A DNA stretch of 64,000 nt from a virus, in the IMG/VR virus record IMGVR_UViG_3300045988_176782, positions 32,001 through 96,000 of that record; one strand, 5' to 3'. The notes under the pieces were generated by a model. It made no database searches. It had not been told where the DNA came from and saw only the letters and a program-made list of their open reading frames with translations. Both the position numbers and the translations under genes were made by a program. Below, piece after piece: positions 63,970 through 64,000 of the stretch. Each line of letters starts with the position of its first letter. Within the stretch, counting starts at the first letter, position 1.

Positions 63970-64000
63970 ATCTTCCTCCACAATCCAATCATCTACAGTT
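63957..64000 (-). CDS. 3' end of a - strand gene (partial)
   Basis: The - strand reads ...TVDDWIVEED then TAA (63957-59), which lies in the loop of the terminator hairpin. The rest of the gene is outside the window. Confidence 0.4.

Overview
This window is a segment of a tailed-phage genome in three blocks. Block 1 (1-5,930, + strand) holds nucleotide-metabolism and recombination genes: the nrdG 3' end, a T5orf172-type nuclease, dUTPase and a RuvC-like resolvase. Block 2 (5,946-45,005, - strand) is one long late operon. It runs sigma-like regulator, TerS-like gene, TerL, portal, scaffold, capsid, connectors, tail tube, a 4,010-codon tape measure, Dit, and a 1,466-codon tail fibre. Block 3 (45,370-63,940, + strand) holds about 42 small early genes and a three-tRNA operon, and most of the genes sit in self-contained promoter/terminator cassettes. 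Blocks 1-2 are coherent only if TAG is read as a sense codon: every break between the ORF-track pieces of these genes is TAG, and the genes end in TAA or TGA. Block 3 has no in-frame TAG and no TAG terminator. Eleven group I introns with canonical P/Q/R/S cores interrupt dUTPase, the tape measure, the tail tube (five introns, one 25-nt micro-exon), a connector/Ig protein, TerL (two) and the TerS-like gene. Six of them carry homing endonucleases (LAGLIDADG, GIY-YIG x2, HNH, zinc-ribbon/Vsr-like x2). The early block contains 27 copies of a conserved palindrome. In 26 of them it is followed by an extended -10 promoter, in most a conserved 5'-UTR hairpin, and an RBS. Most early genes end with the stop codon inside a terminator hairpin loop. 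None of the three tRNAs can read UAG, and a 270-nt structured stretch in the tRNA operon is unassigned. All calls come from reading the sequence by hand. Intron boundaries are good to a few nt, protein functions rest on motifs and gene order, and no database search was run.
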